Shown one piece after another: positions 8,563-18,646 of a DNA stretch of 64,000 nt. The stretch covers positions 224,001-288,000 of the forward strand of contig OY821641.1 of the NCBI GenBank assembly GCA_963555995.3, in the 5' to 3' direction. The notes under the pieces were generated by a model. That model ran no database searches. It was given only the letters and a program-made list of their open reading frames with translations, and was not told the DNA's origin. This DNA is from Vicinamibacteria bacterium (GTDB lineage Bacteria; Acidobacteriota; Vicinamibacteria; Marinacidobacterales; Marinacidobacteraceae). Numbering within the stretch: position 1 is the stretch's first letter; the number at the start of each line of letters is the position of its first letter. Made by a program: the position numbers and the translations under genes.

Positions 8563-10356
8563 TCACCGGCCGCGGGCCCCATCTCCGGCGCCGGCGCTCC
8601 CGGTAGCGAGCGCGACGACCTCGATGGCGGCCTCACGCATGGTAACCGCGAGCGTCCGTCCGTCGGGGCTCACGCTCGGCTGGAGCGCGCCGAGCGCGCC
8701 GGTCGTCACCTGCTCCGTCGCGCCGGTGGGGATGTCCACCCGCCACACCTGGAAGGGCCCGAAGCCGTCGTTCCGCGAGTAGAAGAGCGACGCGCCGTCG
8801 GCGCTCCATTCGGGCGCGCTGTACGGTTCGCCGTTGACGAAGGAGAGGACCGCCGTGGGAGTTCCACCCGCCGCCGACACGGTGTAGATGGTGACGCGTC
8901 CGTCCTCGAGCGAGCGTCCGTAGAAGGCCAGCCGCTCGCCGTCCGGCGAGAAGCGCGCGCCCATGGCGGAGCCTTCGAACCCGTCGAGCGGGACCCGGAC
9001 CGGGTCGGCGACCGCGTGCCCGGTGGCGGGATCAACGGCGATCGTGTACACGGACCCCCGGTTCCCCTCGAGCGGCGGGCCGTTGCTGCTGAAGGCGAGT
9101 GTCCGCCCGTCCGGACTCCAGTCCGGCTCGCCGTTGTCCGCGCCCCGCCCGAACCGTGTGAGCCGGGTGGGTCGGTCGCTGCCGCCCACCCCGACGAGCC
9201 AGATGTCGTCGCTTTGCTCCAGGTGCCCGTGGAAGGCGAGCCAGCGGCCGTCGGGCGACCACGCCGCGCCGTAGTCTTCGTGCTCCTCCGCGAGGAGCAT
9301 CCCGACCGCGCCGGCCGGGGCACCGTCAGCGTCGAGCTCGAGGATGCCCAGGTCGAAGTCCACGGGCATGCGGAGGCGCCGCCAGGAGAAGGTGACGAAA
9401 CCCAGCGCCCTGCCGTCGGGGCGCCAGGAAGGCAGGAAGGCGCTCGTGGAGCCTGCCGTGGTCACGTCGTCGGGTTCCCCGCCGGTCGCCGGAACGAGGC
9501 CCACCGCGGTCCGGGTGTGGTACACGCTGAGGGCGATCCGACCGTCGGCGAGCGGCGTGACCGCGAGCACGTCACGGCCGCCCGACTCCAGCCGTTCGGG
9601 CGGGCCTCCGTCCAGCGGCACGCGCCAGCCGGTGAGGAGCGGGTCGCCGTTCCCCGCCGCCGCGAGATAGAGCGCGCCGCCGTCGGGGGACCACTCCACG
9701 CGGGTGTCCCATCCGAACCGGAGGTCGGCGGTGAGCGTCCGGGTCTCGCCCGTCGCGATCTCCGTCACGGCCAGCGCCCCGCGCCAGCCCGCGACGCGAA
9801 AGTACGCGACCGAGCGCCCGTCGGGGGACCGCACCGGCGCGGCCCACCCCCCGGCGTCGGCGACGAGCACGGTCGCGTGGTCGGCTCCCGGTGCGTACGC
9901 GACCCACGCGGTACCGGCATCCGCGTGCCGGAGCGCGGTCACGGTCCCGTCGGGCAGCAGTCGCGGATAGTCAAGGCGCGCGGCCCCGGGATCCACGATG
10001 CGCGACTCCTCGCCGGTGTCCGGATCCAGGGTCCAGACCCCGTGACTCTCGGGCCGGCGGTCAACGTAGACGACGCGCGAACCGTCGGGCGACCACGTCA
10101 CCCGCGACCGTCCCGCCGGCCTCGTCGTCACCATGCGGCCGGCGCCGGTGGCTGCGTCGTACACCGACAGCGACCTCGTGTCCGCGGCGTAGTCGGCGAA
10201 CAAGACCCGATCGCCGGCAGGCGACGGGATGCCCGGGTAGGCGTCGTAGAGGTCGGTGTGGACGTGTCGGGCGAGCACGACGTCCGAGATCTCTGCGACG
10301 CCACTTCCGCAGGCCGCCGCCACGAGGAGCGGCGCCGCCACGAGGCCGCGGCGCAC
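8563..10356 (-). CDS. TolB-like (PD40 repeat) beta-propeller protein, probable lipoprotein
   Basis: Many WSPDG/SPDG repeats; N-terminal LLVAAAC lipobox-like motif. Start uncertain (GTG 10356 or ATG 10455). Confidence 0.8.
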   Translation of the reverse strand: MRRGLVAAPLLVAAACGSGVAEISDVVLARHVHTDLYDAYPGIPSPAGDRVLFADYAADTRSLSVYDAATGAGRMVTTRPAGRSRVTWSPDGSRVVYVDRRPESHGVWTLDPDTGEESRIVDPGAARLDYPRLLPDGTVTALRHADAGTAWVAYAPGADHATVLVADAGGWAAPVRSPDGRSVAYFRVAGWRGALAVTEIATGETRTLTADLRFGWDTRVEWSPDGGALYLAAAGNGDPLLTGWRVPLDGGPPERLESGGRDVLAVTPLADGRIALSVYHTRTAVGLVPATGGEPDDVTTAGSTSAFLPSWRPDGRALGFVTFSWRRLRMPVDFDLGILELDADGAPAGAVGMLLAEEHEDYGAAWSPDGRWLAFHGHLEQSDDIWLVGVGGSDRPTRLTRFGRGADNGEPDWSPDGRTLAFSSNGPPLEGNRGSVYTIAVDPATGHAVADPVRVPLDGFEGSAMGARFSPDGERLAFYGRSLEDGRVTIYTVSAAGGTPTAVLSFVNGEPYSAPEWSADGASLFYSRNDGFGPFQVWRVDIPTGATEQVTTGALGALQPSVSPDGRTLAVTMREAAIEVVALATGSAGAGDGARGR

Positions 10357-10475
10357 CGCCGAGGGACGCCGTGACCGCCGGGGAGACCGCAGCGCCCGGC
10401 TCGCTCCTCCTAGCGCCCGTACCCCGGCGCCGAGAGCACAGGATCTCGTGACCATCTCGCAACTCCCATCCCGGG

Positions 10476-10548
10476 TGGAGCTGACGGGGATCGAACCCGT
10501 GACCTCGTGAATGCCATTCACGCGCGCTCCCAGTTGCGCCACAGCCCC
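10476..10548 (-). tRNA. tRNA-Ala (GGC)
   Basis: GGGGCTG...anticodon stem CGTGA/TCACG, loop ATGGCAT, GTTCGAT T loop. CCA not encoded (ends ACCC). Confidence 0.95.
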
Positions 10549-10716
10549 AACCCAGGTCGTCTGGACGCAGCGGAGTGTACCGCGCCCTCGAGTTGCGGAA
10601 ATGCCCTCGCGCGGATTCTCGCGTCGGAGGGTCGGGTCGGCTGATCGGCAGGTAGTGGCGCATCTGGGCAGGTAGTGTTACTATGTCGCTCTCTATCTAC
10701 ACATAAGGAATACTAC

Positions 10717-10971
10717 ATGGCTCTGAACATCCGCAATTCCGAGGCGGAACAACTCGCTGCCGAACTCTCCCGGATCACCGGGGAGACGAAAACGGCGGCG
10801 GTAGCGAGAGCATTGCGAGAGCAGCTTGCCCGTGTACGGCGCGACCGGGACACGATGAGCCTCGCCGATCGGCTGGTGGCAATCGGAAGGGAGTGCGCGG
10901 CTCTCCCGGTTCTCGACGAGCGTTCTGACGACGAGATCCTCGGCTATGGCGAGGATGGGCTTCCGGGCTGA
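10717..10971 (+). CDS. vapB: VapB antitoxin (Rv0623-like RHH family)
   Basis: MALNIRNSEAEQLAAELSRITGETKTAAVARAL...DEILGYGEDGLP; AAGGA RBS upstream. Confidence 0.9.
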   Translation: MALNIRNSEAEQLAAELSRITGETKTAAVARALREQLARVRRDRDTMSLADRLVAIGRECAALPVLDERSDDEILGYGEDGLPG

Positions 10972-11366
10972 TGGTCGTTGACGCTTCCCCGCTGCTCGCG
11001 ATCCTGCAAGCCGAACCTGAGGCCCGGCGCTTTGCCGAGGCGATCGAGGCGGCGTCGCGCCCGACGCTCTCCGTCGTTTCCTTCGTGGAAGCCTCCATGG
11101 TTCTGGACTCCCGATACGGGCCTGCCGGAAGAGACCGTCTCGACCGCCTGCTCCGGGAGAGCGGCGTGGAAATCGCGCCCTTGGACTTCGAGCAGGCCCA
11201 GATCGCTCGCGACGCGTTCCGCGACTTCGGCAAGGGGCGCCACCCGGCGCGTCTGAATTTCGGCGACTGTTTCTCCTATGCGCTCGCGAAACAGCGGAGT
11301 GAGGCACTGCTCTTCAAGGGCGCCGATTTCATCCACACGGACGTCCGCGCCGCCGTCGCGCCGTAG
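10971..11366 (+). CDS. vapC: PIN-domain toxin VapC
   Basis: MVVDASPLLAIL, FGKGRHPARLNFGDCFSYALAK, LLFKGADF. Confidence 0.93.
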   Translation: MVVDASPLLAILQAEPEARRFAEAIEAASRPTLSVVSFVEASMVLDSRYGPAGRDRLDRLLRESGVEIAPLDFEQAQIARDAFRDFGKGRHPARLNFGDCFSYALAKQRSEALLFKGADFIHTDVRAAVAP

Positions 11367-11398
11367 GCCCCCCGGGCGATCCCCGTCGCAGACCGGCC

Positions 11399-12691
11399 TC
11401 AGCCGCCGGCTTCCCCGAGGATCAGGTCCGGGAGGAAGAGGCTCGCCTCCGGCCAGAAGGTGACGATCCCCAGCACCACCAGCAGTGCCGCGATAAAGAA
11501 CACGTTGACCTTCATCACCTCCGAGATCTCGGTCTTCGCGATGGAGCAGGTGGTGATCAGCACCGAGGCCACCGGGGGCGTCTGCTGGCCCACCGCGAGG
11601 CTCACGGTGACCATCATGCCGAAGTGCACGGTGCCGATCCCCGCCGATTCGGCCAGCGGCAGCAGGATGGGCACGAGGAGGACGATGGCGGCGGCGCTGT
11701 GGAGGATGGTTCCCGCCAGCAGCAGCACCCCGTTCAGGATCAGCGCGACCGCCCAGGGAGCGTCGGCCAGGGAAAGCACCCACGCCGTCAGCCGTTCCGG
11801 GGCCTGCTGGTTGGCCAGGTACCAGCCGAGAATCGCCGATCCGGCGACCAGCAGCATGACCACCGCGGTCTGCCGGGCCGATTCGGTGAACGCTTCCCGG
11901 ATGGCGGCGAAGCGGACGGTGCGGTAGCCGACCACGCCCATCAGCAGCGCCAGCAGCACCGCGACCGCGGCCGCCTCGGTGGCGGTGAACCAGCCGAGGA
12001 AGATGCCGCCCAGGATGATCGCCGGGATGAGCAGCGGCCATGCCGCCGCCCGGGCGGCGGCGCCGGCCCGCCGGAGGCGGAAGGGTTCCGATTCGCCGAA
12101 TCCGCCCCGGCGGGCCAGCCACCGGCTCACCAGCATGATGAAGGCTCCGGCGAGCACTCCCGGGACGAATCCGGCGAGGAAGAGCCGGGCGATGGAGGCT
12201 CCGGTCACCGCTCCGAAGAGGATCATCGGGATGGACGGCGGAATGAGGATCGCGATGGTCGCCGACGCCGAGAGCACGGCGGCGGCGAAGGGGGCGGGAT
12301 AGCCGCGTTCCTTCATCGCGGGAATCAGCACGCTCCCCAGCGCGGCCGCGTCGGCCACCGCCGACCCGGACATCTCGGAGAACAGCATGCTGGAGGCGGT
12401 GGTCGTCATCGCCAGGCCCCCGCGCATCCAGCCGACCACCGCGGCGGCGAAGTCGGTGAGCCGCCGGGAGATGCCGGCGTGGTTCATGAGCGCCCCGGCG
12501 AGGATGAACAGCGGAATCGCCACCAGCGGGAAGGAGTCGGTCCCGTTGAAGAGGCGGAGCGGGACCACCACCAGCGGGGTGTTCGTGGTGAGCCAGATCG
12601 CCAGCACCGACGCCGCGATCAGCACGTAGCCGATGGGGATCCCGACCAGGATGAACGCTACCGCGGCGATCAGGGCGACCAGGATCTCCAC
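11399..12691 (-). CDS. TRAP transporter large permease (DctM family)
   Basis: Hydrophobic protein with AIPLFILAG, SGSAVADA, IPPSIPM, TPPV motifs. Confidence 0.93.
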   Translation of the reverse strand: MEILVALIAAVAFILVGIPIGYVLIAASVLAIWLTTNTPLVVVPLRLFNGTDSFPLVAIPLFILAGALMNHAGISRRLTDFAAAVVGWMRGGLAMTTTASSMLFSEMSGSAVADAAALGSVLIPAMKERGYPAPFAAAVLSASATIAILIPPSIPMILFGAVTGASIARLFLAGFVPGVLAGAFIMLVSRWLARRGGFGESEPFRLRRAGAAARAAAWPLLIPAIILGGIFLGWFTATEAAAVAVLLALLMGVVGYRTVRFAAIREAFTESARQTAVVMLLVAGSAILGWYLANQQAPERLTAWVLSLADAPWAVALILNGVLLLAGTILHSAAAIVLLVPILLPLAESAGIGTVHFGMMVTVSLAVGQQTPPVASVLITTCSIAKTEISEVMKVNVFFIAALLVVLGIVTFWPEASLFLPDLILGEAGG

Positions 12692-12695
12692 GGAC

Positions 12696-13163
12696 TCAGT
12701 CCTTCGGCTGGCGGATCAGCGCGACGAGCCGGCGCGCTTCCATCGCCGCGGTCAGCAACGCGAAGAGCGGCAGGACCAGGTAGAAGGCGCCCATCGGAAT
12801 CGGCATCGTGATCGAGCGTTCGCCCAGGAAGCGGAGCATCAGTACGGTCCCGAACCAGGCGAGGACGAGGTGCAGGGCGAGGACCGCCGTGTGCTCCAGG
12901 ACCCGGGCGATCCGCCGCGGGCGGGGGGAAAGACGGCTCACCAGGTCCCGGATGCCGATGTGGGCCCCGTCCCGGCGCGCCAGCACCGCCCCCAGGAAGG
13001 TGAGCCAGACGAGGGCGAAGCCGGCGAGTTCGTCGTAGAAGCCGAGCCCGCCGCCGAACCCGTAGCGGAGCGTGACCTCGACGAGGCACAGCGCCGCGAT
13101 GCCGGCGAGCAGCAGCGAACAGACGATCGCCAGGGGATCCCGGCTCTCGCGTCGGGTGATCAG
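12696..13163 (-). CDS. TRAP transporter small permease (DctQ family)
   Basis: Four TM segments, DELAGFALVWLTFLGA, HIGIRD. Start ambiguous (CTG 13163 overlapping the dctP stop, or GTG 13193). Confidence 0.85.
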   Translation of the reverse strand: MITRRESRDPLAIVCSLLLAGIAALCLVEVTLRYGFGGGLGFYDELAGFALVWLTFLGAVLARRDGAHIGIRDLVSRLSPRPRRIARVLEHTAVLALHLVLAWFGTVLMLRFLGERSITMPIPMGAFYLVLPLFALLTAAMEARRLVALIRQPKD

Positions 13164-14140
13164 TGCGCCAGTTCCCGCGCCGCTTCGATCCACCCGGCGC
13201 CGAAGCGTTCCTCGTAGTGCTCGAAGACCGGCGCCGCCGCCGCGGCGAAGGCCGGGAGGTCCACTTCGTTCACGGCGAGCTGGCCTTCGAGGCCGGCGAG
13301 CAGGCGCGTGTCTTCTTCGGCCAGGAATTCCCGGAGCCAGTCGCCGGTCTCGATTGCCGCCTCGCGAAGTCCGGCCTGCATGTCCTCCGGCAGACGCTCG
13401 AGCCATGCGGTCTGCATCACCGGGTAGGCCGGCGTATAGACGTGGTTCGAGAGCGACAGGTAGCGCTGCACCTCGTGGAGCCGCGCCGCCGTCAACTGGG
13501 CGAGCGGGTTCTCCTGCCCGTCCACCACCCCCTGCCGGAGCGCCGAGAACACCTCGCCGAAGCTCATGGACGCCGGGCTCGCGCCGAGGGTCTCGAAGAG
13601 GCGCACGCGTTCCGGGTCCTTCGGGGTGCGGAGCCGAATCCCGTCGAGGTCCGCCGGAGTCACGACCGGGCGCACGTTGTTCGTGATGACCCGGAACCCG
13701 TTCTCCCAGAAGGCGAGCAGGGTGAGGCCGTGATCCCGCCGGAGCGTCTCCTCGAGACCCCTGCCGATCTCGCCGGCGGCGATCCGCTCGAAGTGGTCCC
13801 GGTCCTCGATCAGGAACGGCAGATCGAAGATGCCGAACTCGGGCGCGACCGAGTGCATCACCGAGGACGGGATATGCATCTCGAGCGTTCCCAGGCGGAG
13901 CCCCTCGAGCATCTCCTTGTCCTCGCCGAGCTGTCCGGTGCCGAAGATGCGGATCTCGACCTGCCCCGGGAAGCGCGCTTCCACCAGTTCCTTGAAATGC
14001 CGCGCCCCGTGGTCGAAGGGCGAATCGGGAAATCCAATGTGCCCGAGCCGGATGACGGTGGGGCCGCCGCTATCACCTCCACATCCCGGGGCGCCGGCGC
14101 ACGCCGCCGTAACCAGGAGTCCGAGGAGAGGGCGGAACAT
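13160..14140 (-). CDS. TRAP substrate-binding protein (DctP family), lipoprotein-type signal
   Basis: GQLGEDKEMLEGLRLG, ENGFR, LRQGVVDGQENP. Confidence 0.93.
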   Translation of the reverse strand: MFRPLLGLLVTAACAGAPGCGGDSGGPTVIRLGHIGFPDSPFDHGARHFKELVEARFPGQVEIRIFGTGQLGEDKEMLEGLRLGTLEMHIPSSVMHSVAPEFGIFDLPFLIEDRDHFERIAAGEIGRGLEETLRRDHGLTLLAFWENGFRVITNNVRPVVTPADLDGIRLRTPKDPERVRLFETLGASPASMSFGEVFSALRQGVVDGQENPLAQLTAARLHEVQRYLSLSNHVYTPAYPVMQTAWLERLPEDMQAGLREAAIETGDWLREFLAEEDTRLLAGLEGQLAVNEVDLPAFAAAAAPVFEHYEERFGAGWIEAARELAH

Positions 14141-14149
14141 GCTCGCCGC

Positions 14150-16210
14150 TCAGGGTTGCGAGTCCGCCGCGCCGGATCCGCCCGTCACGTGGTCCCAGAG
14201 CCGGAGGGCGTGCCGGGTCAGCGCCGGGAGGTCCTCGCCGAGCAGGTATCCGGCCTCGATCAGCTCGAGCGCGGCTTCGGTGAACCGCCCGAGGTAGTCC
14301 TCGCGGCTCGCGTAGCGGTCCGTGACGGACTTCCGCGGGTCTCCGGCGGCCTGCGCCGCGGCGGCGTCCTTCGGGAACGGCAGGAAGGAACCGACCATGC
14401 TGGAGATCTCGTCCGGGGGTCCGGCCTCCGCGTTGAACAGGTTCCAGCCCGTATAGGTCGCGAGCGGCACGGTGACCTCGGGCATCCGGATGCCGGCCAC
14501 CTCGTTCCCGTCCGCGTCCACGGACGAGACCCGGATCGGGAACCGCTTGCCGATGGCCGGCGGTTCCTGCGTCACCACGCCCTTCGCCAGGAAGTCGGGG
14601 CCGTAGTCCGCGCGGTAGGCGTAGTGGACGCGGTCCGAGTACTCCACCCCGGGGATGTCCGGGAATCCGAGGTTCTCCGCCGCGACCGCGGTGCCGTCCT
14701 CGATGCTCGGGTACTGGCTCGGCGGGGGCGCCCCGCCGTCGCGGGTCCAGCGGTCCATGGCGAGCAGGAGGGCGCGCTGCCCCCAGCGGAAGTTGTTGGG
14801 GTTGGCGCGCTGCTGCCCGATCGTCACGCCCGGCGGGAACCCCGCGGGGCCGTGCTGGGTGCCGGCGTACATATAGACGCGGACGTGGTCCGGGATGCGG
14901 GCGTCCTCGCTGGCGTCAATCGTGGTGTGGATGAGGCTCGCGGCGCGGCCCCAGTACTCGTACGACGAGTTCGTGTAGAAGACCCGCGGATAGAACGCCT
15001 CGCGCTGCCGGGTCAGCAGTCCCAGGGTGAGTCCGGTCTCCGGGTCGGTCTGTTCCACGTCGGTGAACGGAAAGATGTCCGTCGGGTGGAACATGTTCAT
15101 GTAGGGGTGGGCGTCCCGGGAGGCCTGGGCGAAGCGGTGGTTGAAGCTGCCGCGGCCGCCGCCCGCCACGTCCGAGATCACGCCGTCGAGCACCCGGCGG
15201 CCCTGCTCGTCGCTGTTGAACCCGTAGAACATGAAGGTGCGCAGGAAGCGTCCGCTCTGGGAGACCCCGAAGCTGATGGCGCTCGTGATGTCGCCCGGGG
15301 CGATCCCGAGTTCCTCGGACCCGTCGTGGCGCAGCAGGGTCACGAAGTCGCGGATGCCGGCCGGCCCGAGGCCCACCAGCGGCGGGTTGTGGGAGCGGTA
15401 CACCACCTCGTAGATCCGGTGCGGCTGGAAGCCTCCCTTCAGATAGACCGCGCCGTCGTCGGGCGTTACCGAGCCGTTCTCGACCTTGCCGAAGCCCCAC
15501 TGGTCGCGCGGGATGACGTCCCGCTCGTCCTCGACCCGGTGGCGCACCGTCAGTACGTTGGCGGCGTCATCCGGATCCTTGACGCGGTAGGGCCGGTGGT
15601 TGCGGTCGGCCAGCGTGTGGTGGTCGGCGGCGCTCCGGACCACGAAGTCGGCCCGCACCAGCCCCTCGATGGCGGAGCCGTCCGGGTTGGTGGCGATCGG
15701 CGGGTGCATCCGCATCCGGAGCGGGTCGTCGTCGGGAACGTCCCACTGCCAGCCCAGCCAGAGCAGGGTGAACCCGTGCCGCATCAGGAACCCGTCGCCG
15801 AAGTGCGCCTCGGTCGTGGGGTCGAGGCTGCCCTGGGCCATGTTGAAGTAGCCGAGCATCCCCTTGCGGCCGCGGTTGTTCACCTCGTGCAGCAGGGTGC
15901 CCCGGCTCTTTGCCATCACCTTCGGGCGGACCAGGTGGAAGTCGGCGGACATCTCCACCTTCCCGTCCGCGTTCCGGGGCGCGAGCGCGATGTCGGCGAT
16001 GATCCGGTTGGCGTCGTTGTCGGGATCGAAGGCGAAGTGGACGACCCCGATGATCGCCTCGTAGGCGCCGGCGAGGCCGAAGCTCCGGCCGCCGAGCACG
16101 TCGGAGCGTTCGCGGATCTCGAACCCCACGACCTCGGCGGCGGCGGGAACCGAGAGCGCGGTCAGCAGGGCGAGAACCGCGGCGAGGGTGCGCGTGTTTC
16201 CTTTCGACAT
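14150..16210 (-). CDS. Secreted alpha/beta-hydrolase-domain protein
   Basis: Signal peptide; nucleophile-like GVSQSGRFLR; NRG, GWQWD, YEYWGRAASL, DADGNEVAGIR motifs; GGAGG RBS. Confidence 0.8.
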   Translation of the reverse strand: MSKGNTRTLAAVLALLTALSVPAAAEVVGFEIRERSDVLGGRSFGLAGAYEAIIGVVHFAFDPDNDANRIIADIALAPRNADGKVEMSADFHLVRPKVMAKSRGTLLHEVNNRGRKGMLGYFNMAQGSLDPTTEAHFGDGFLMRHGFTLLWLGWQWDVPDDDPLRMRMHPPIATNPDGSAIEGLVRADFVVRSAADHHTLADRNHRPYRVKDPDDAANVLTVRHRVEDERDVIPRDQWGFGKVENGSVTPDDGAVYLKGGFQPHRIYEVVYRSHNPPLVGLGPAGIRDFVTLLRHDGSEELGIAPGDITSAISFGVSQSGRFLRTFMFYGFNSDEQGRRVLDGVISDVAGGGRGSFNHRFAQASRDAHPYMNMFHPTDIFPFTDVEQTDPETGLTLGLLTRQREAFYPRVFYTNSSYEYWGRAASLIHTTIDASEDARIPDHVRVYMYAGTQHGPAGFPPGVTIGQQRANPNNFRWGQRALLLAMDRWTRDGGAPPPSQYPSIEDGTAVAAENLGFPDIPGVEYSDRVHYAYRADYGPDFLAKGVVTQEPPAIGKRFPIRVSSVDADGNEVAGIRMPEVTVPLATYTGWNLFNAEAGPPDEISSMVGSFLPFPKDAAAAQAAGDPRKSVTDRYASREDYLGRFTEAALELIEAGYLLGEDLPALTRHALRLWDHVTGGSGAADSQP

Positions 16211-16311
16211 ACCCGAATCCTCCCGAAGGACTGAATGCCGAAGATACCGCAGCCTTCCGGTCAGCAACGCAGTGCGGTGGGTCGGCCACGCGCCGTGAAG
16301 GCGCCAACGGC

Positions 16312-16469
16312 CCGGAACGCCGGCTTCAGCCGGCACCCGCTGCGCTGATTGCCGTGGAAGGGCTTATGGCTGCTCCCTGCGTGGCGGCTTCCTGCGCCAT
16401 CCCGGCGAAGGTGGTCCTTCCCGCCGCCCGCCTGCGGCGGGCTGTGCCGGCTGAAGCCGGCGTTCCAAG
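16312..16469. repeat. Inverted pair of family-1 REP-like palindromes
   Basis: CCGGAACGCCGGCTTCAGCCGGCAC 16312-16336 and inverted copy 16444-16469. Confidence 0.9.
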
Positions 16470-16550
16470 CCGTTCCGCCGTCGGTCTGGCTGGCGGGTTG
16501 TGCGGAAACACCGTTCCAGGCCGTTCTCTCGGGGTGGGGGTTCCCCTCCG

Positions 16551-17150
16551 TCAGACCTCCAGGTAGCGGGCGAGCGATGCCCGGCGCGGACGACGCATCC
16601 CGCCGCCGAGCCGCTTCGACAGGTACACCTTGGAGTCGCCGTTGTGGATCGGATGGGGTTCGTACTTGACCACGTCGAAGTGCAGGTGGGTCAGGGTGCT
16701 GCGCATCTCGTAGTAGCGGTTCTTGGTCTTGACCACGATCTCCCGGAAGCCCTTGTCAATGGCCCATTCCTCCTGGAACTCGTCGAGGGCGCGGAAGTGG
16801 CCTTGCTCCCGCCAGTCGCTCCGCGTCCCGCCGAGCCAGGCGTAGAGGACCCGCTGGCCCGAGAACCGCACCGCTTCGCGCAGGCGTTCGACGAGGTCCG
16901 CGAGTTCCGGTTCGGTCTCCTCGCTGCGGATTTCGTGGGCCACCCGGTAGGAGACCGGGGCGAAGCGGGCGGGCTCTTCGGGCAGGCTCGCCTCCACCAT
17001 GAAGATCCCGTGCTCGCGTCCCTCGAGCCGCTCGCGGATCTCCATCGCGGACTTCTTCCGGTCGAACTCGCCGAAGAACTCCTCGATGAACTGGATCTCG
17101 AGCGCGCCGCTCTCCAGCGGGTACTGGCGGATCCGGAAGGGCTGGTCCAT
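16551..17150 (-). CDS. GNAT-like acetyltransferase/hypothetical protein
   Basis: LYAWLGGTRSDWREQGHFRAL resembles acetyl-CoA motif A; GFREIVVKTKN follows. Confidence 0.65.
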   Translation of the reverse strand: MDQPFRIRQYPLESGALEIQFIEEFFGEFDRKKSAMEIRERLEGREHGIFMVEASLPEEPARFAPVSYRVAHEIRSEETEPELADLVERLREAVRFSGQRVLYAWLGGTRSDWREQGHFRALDEFQEEWAIDKGFREIVVKTKNRYYEMRSTLTHLHFDVVKYEPHPIHNGDSKVYLSKRLGGGMRRPRRASLARYLEV

Positions 17151-17163
17151 GGGCTGCTCGGCG

Positions 17164-18465
17164 CTACCGGGCGGCGGGATGCGGCCAGAGGCGCCCGCGT
17201 TCCTCGAGTTCCTCCTCGATGCGGAGGAGCTCGTTGTACTTCGCGACCCGTTCGCCGCGGCAGGGTGCTCCGGCCTTGATCTGGCCGGCCCCGGTGGCGA
17301 CGGCGAGGTGGGCGATCGCGGTGTCCGGGGTCTCGCCGGACCGGTGGCTCAGCATGGCCCCGAAGCCGGCCCGCAGCGCTCGCTGGACGACCTGCACCGT
17401 CTCCGTCAGCGTGCCCACCTGGTTGGGCTTGATCAGGATGGCGTTGGCGGCCCTTTCCCGAATCCCCCGCTGGAGGCGGTCCTCCTGGGTGACGAAGAGG
17501 TCGTCCCCCACCAGTTGTACCCGGTCCCCCAGCGCCCTGGTCAGCTCCGCCCAGCCCTCCCAGTCATCCTCGGCGAGTCCGTCCTCGATGGAGAGCAGCT
17601 CGGGGAACCGGTCCAGCCAGCCGGCGTAGGTCTCGATCATCGCGGAAGCCGGCCGCGCGGCGCCGTCCGCGGAGAAGCGGTAGCCGTTCTCGTCCCCGAA
17701 CTCGGTGGCCGCCACGTCGAGGGCCAGTCCCATTTGCTCGCCGGGGACGAAGCCGGCGCTCTCGACGGCCTCCACCAGGAGCTCCAGCGCCTCGCCCGCG
17801 TCGGCGAGCGCGGGGGCGAACCCGCCTTCGTCGCCGACCGCCGTCGAGTGGCCGCGCCGCCCCAGGACGTCGCGCAGTTCGTGGTAGACGGCGACTCCCG
17901 CCTGGAGCGCGTCCGAGAAGCGGGAGAAGCCCAGCGGGGCCACCATGAACTCCTGGACCAGCAGGGCGTTGTCCGCATGGGCGCCGCCGTTCAGCACGTT
18001 GAAGTAGGGGACCGGCAGGGTGTCGGCGATCGCGCCGCCGAGCGACCGGTAAAGCGGTAGTCCGGCGGCCGTTGCCGCCGCCCGGGCGCTCGCGAGCGAC
18101 ACGGCGAGGATCGCGTTCGCCCCGAGCCGCGACCGGTCTTCGGAACCGTCGAGTTCGATCATCAGCCGGTCCACGGTCGCCTGGTCCGCGGCGTCCTCGC
18201 CGTCGAGTTCGGGGCCGATCTGCTCCTCGATGGCGCTGACCGCTCCCAGCACCCCCCGCCCCCGGTAGCGGCTCTCGTCCCGGTCCCGGCGCTCGACGGC
18301 CTCGTGCCGGCCGGTGGAGGCGCCCGACGGCGCCGCGGCCCGTCCGCTGGCGCCCCCGGCGAGCCAGACTTCGGCTTCCACGGTCGGATTCCCCCGTGAA
18401 TCGAGGATCTCCCGGGCCGCGATCCGGTCGATCCAGGTGTTGCTCTCGTCCATCCGCCGCGTCAC
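17164..18465 (-). CDS. eno: Enolase
   Basis: [55 protein letters not shown]. Confidence 0.97.
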   Translation of the reverse strand: MTRRMDESNTWIDRIAAREILDSRGNPTVEAEVWLAGGASGRAAAPSGASTGRHEAVERRDRDESRYRGRGVLGAVSAIEEQIGPELDGEDAADQATVDRLMIELDGSEDRSRLGANAILAVSLASARAAATAAGLPLYRSLGGAIADTLPVPYFNVLNGGAHADNALLVQEFMVAPLGFSRFSDALQAGVAVYHELRDVLGRRGHSTAVGDEGGFAPALADAGEALELLVEAVESAGFVPGEQMGLALDVAATEFGDENGYRFSADGAARPASAMIETYAGWLDRFPELLSIEDGLAEDDWEGWAELTRALGDRVQLVGDDLFVTQEDRLQRGIRERAANAILIKPNQVGTLTETVQVVQRALRAGFGAMLSHRSGETPDTAIAHLAVATGAGQIKAGAPCRGERVAKYNELLRIEEELEERGRLWPHPAAR

Positions 18466-18646
18466 GGGCCGGCCGGGGCGCGGGGCGGCGCTCCCTGCAT
18501 CGCGGGAAAACGGCGGTCGTCAAGTAACCTCATGACGCTACGAAACATAGCAGTCCTCTACCCGGTTTTCGGCGCGCGGCCCGGGATTCGTCCGGGATTC
18601 GGCTGCCGTTTGACAAAGGGGGGGTGGCGCGATTGACTACCGGCAT

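Noticed and set aside
18610-18638. TTGACA -35 box upstream of the 18647 gene
   Set aside because: The hexamer at 17-bp spacing (TTGACT) lacks the conserved A of the -10 box, so support is too weak to call.
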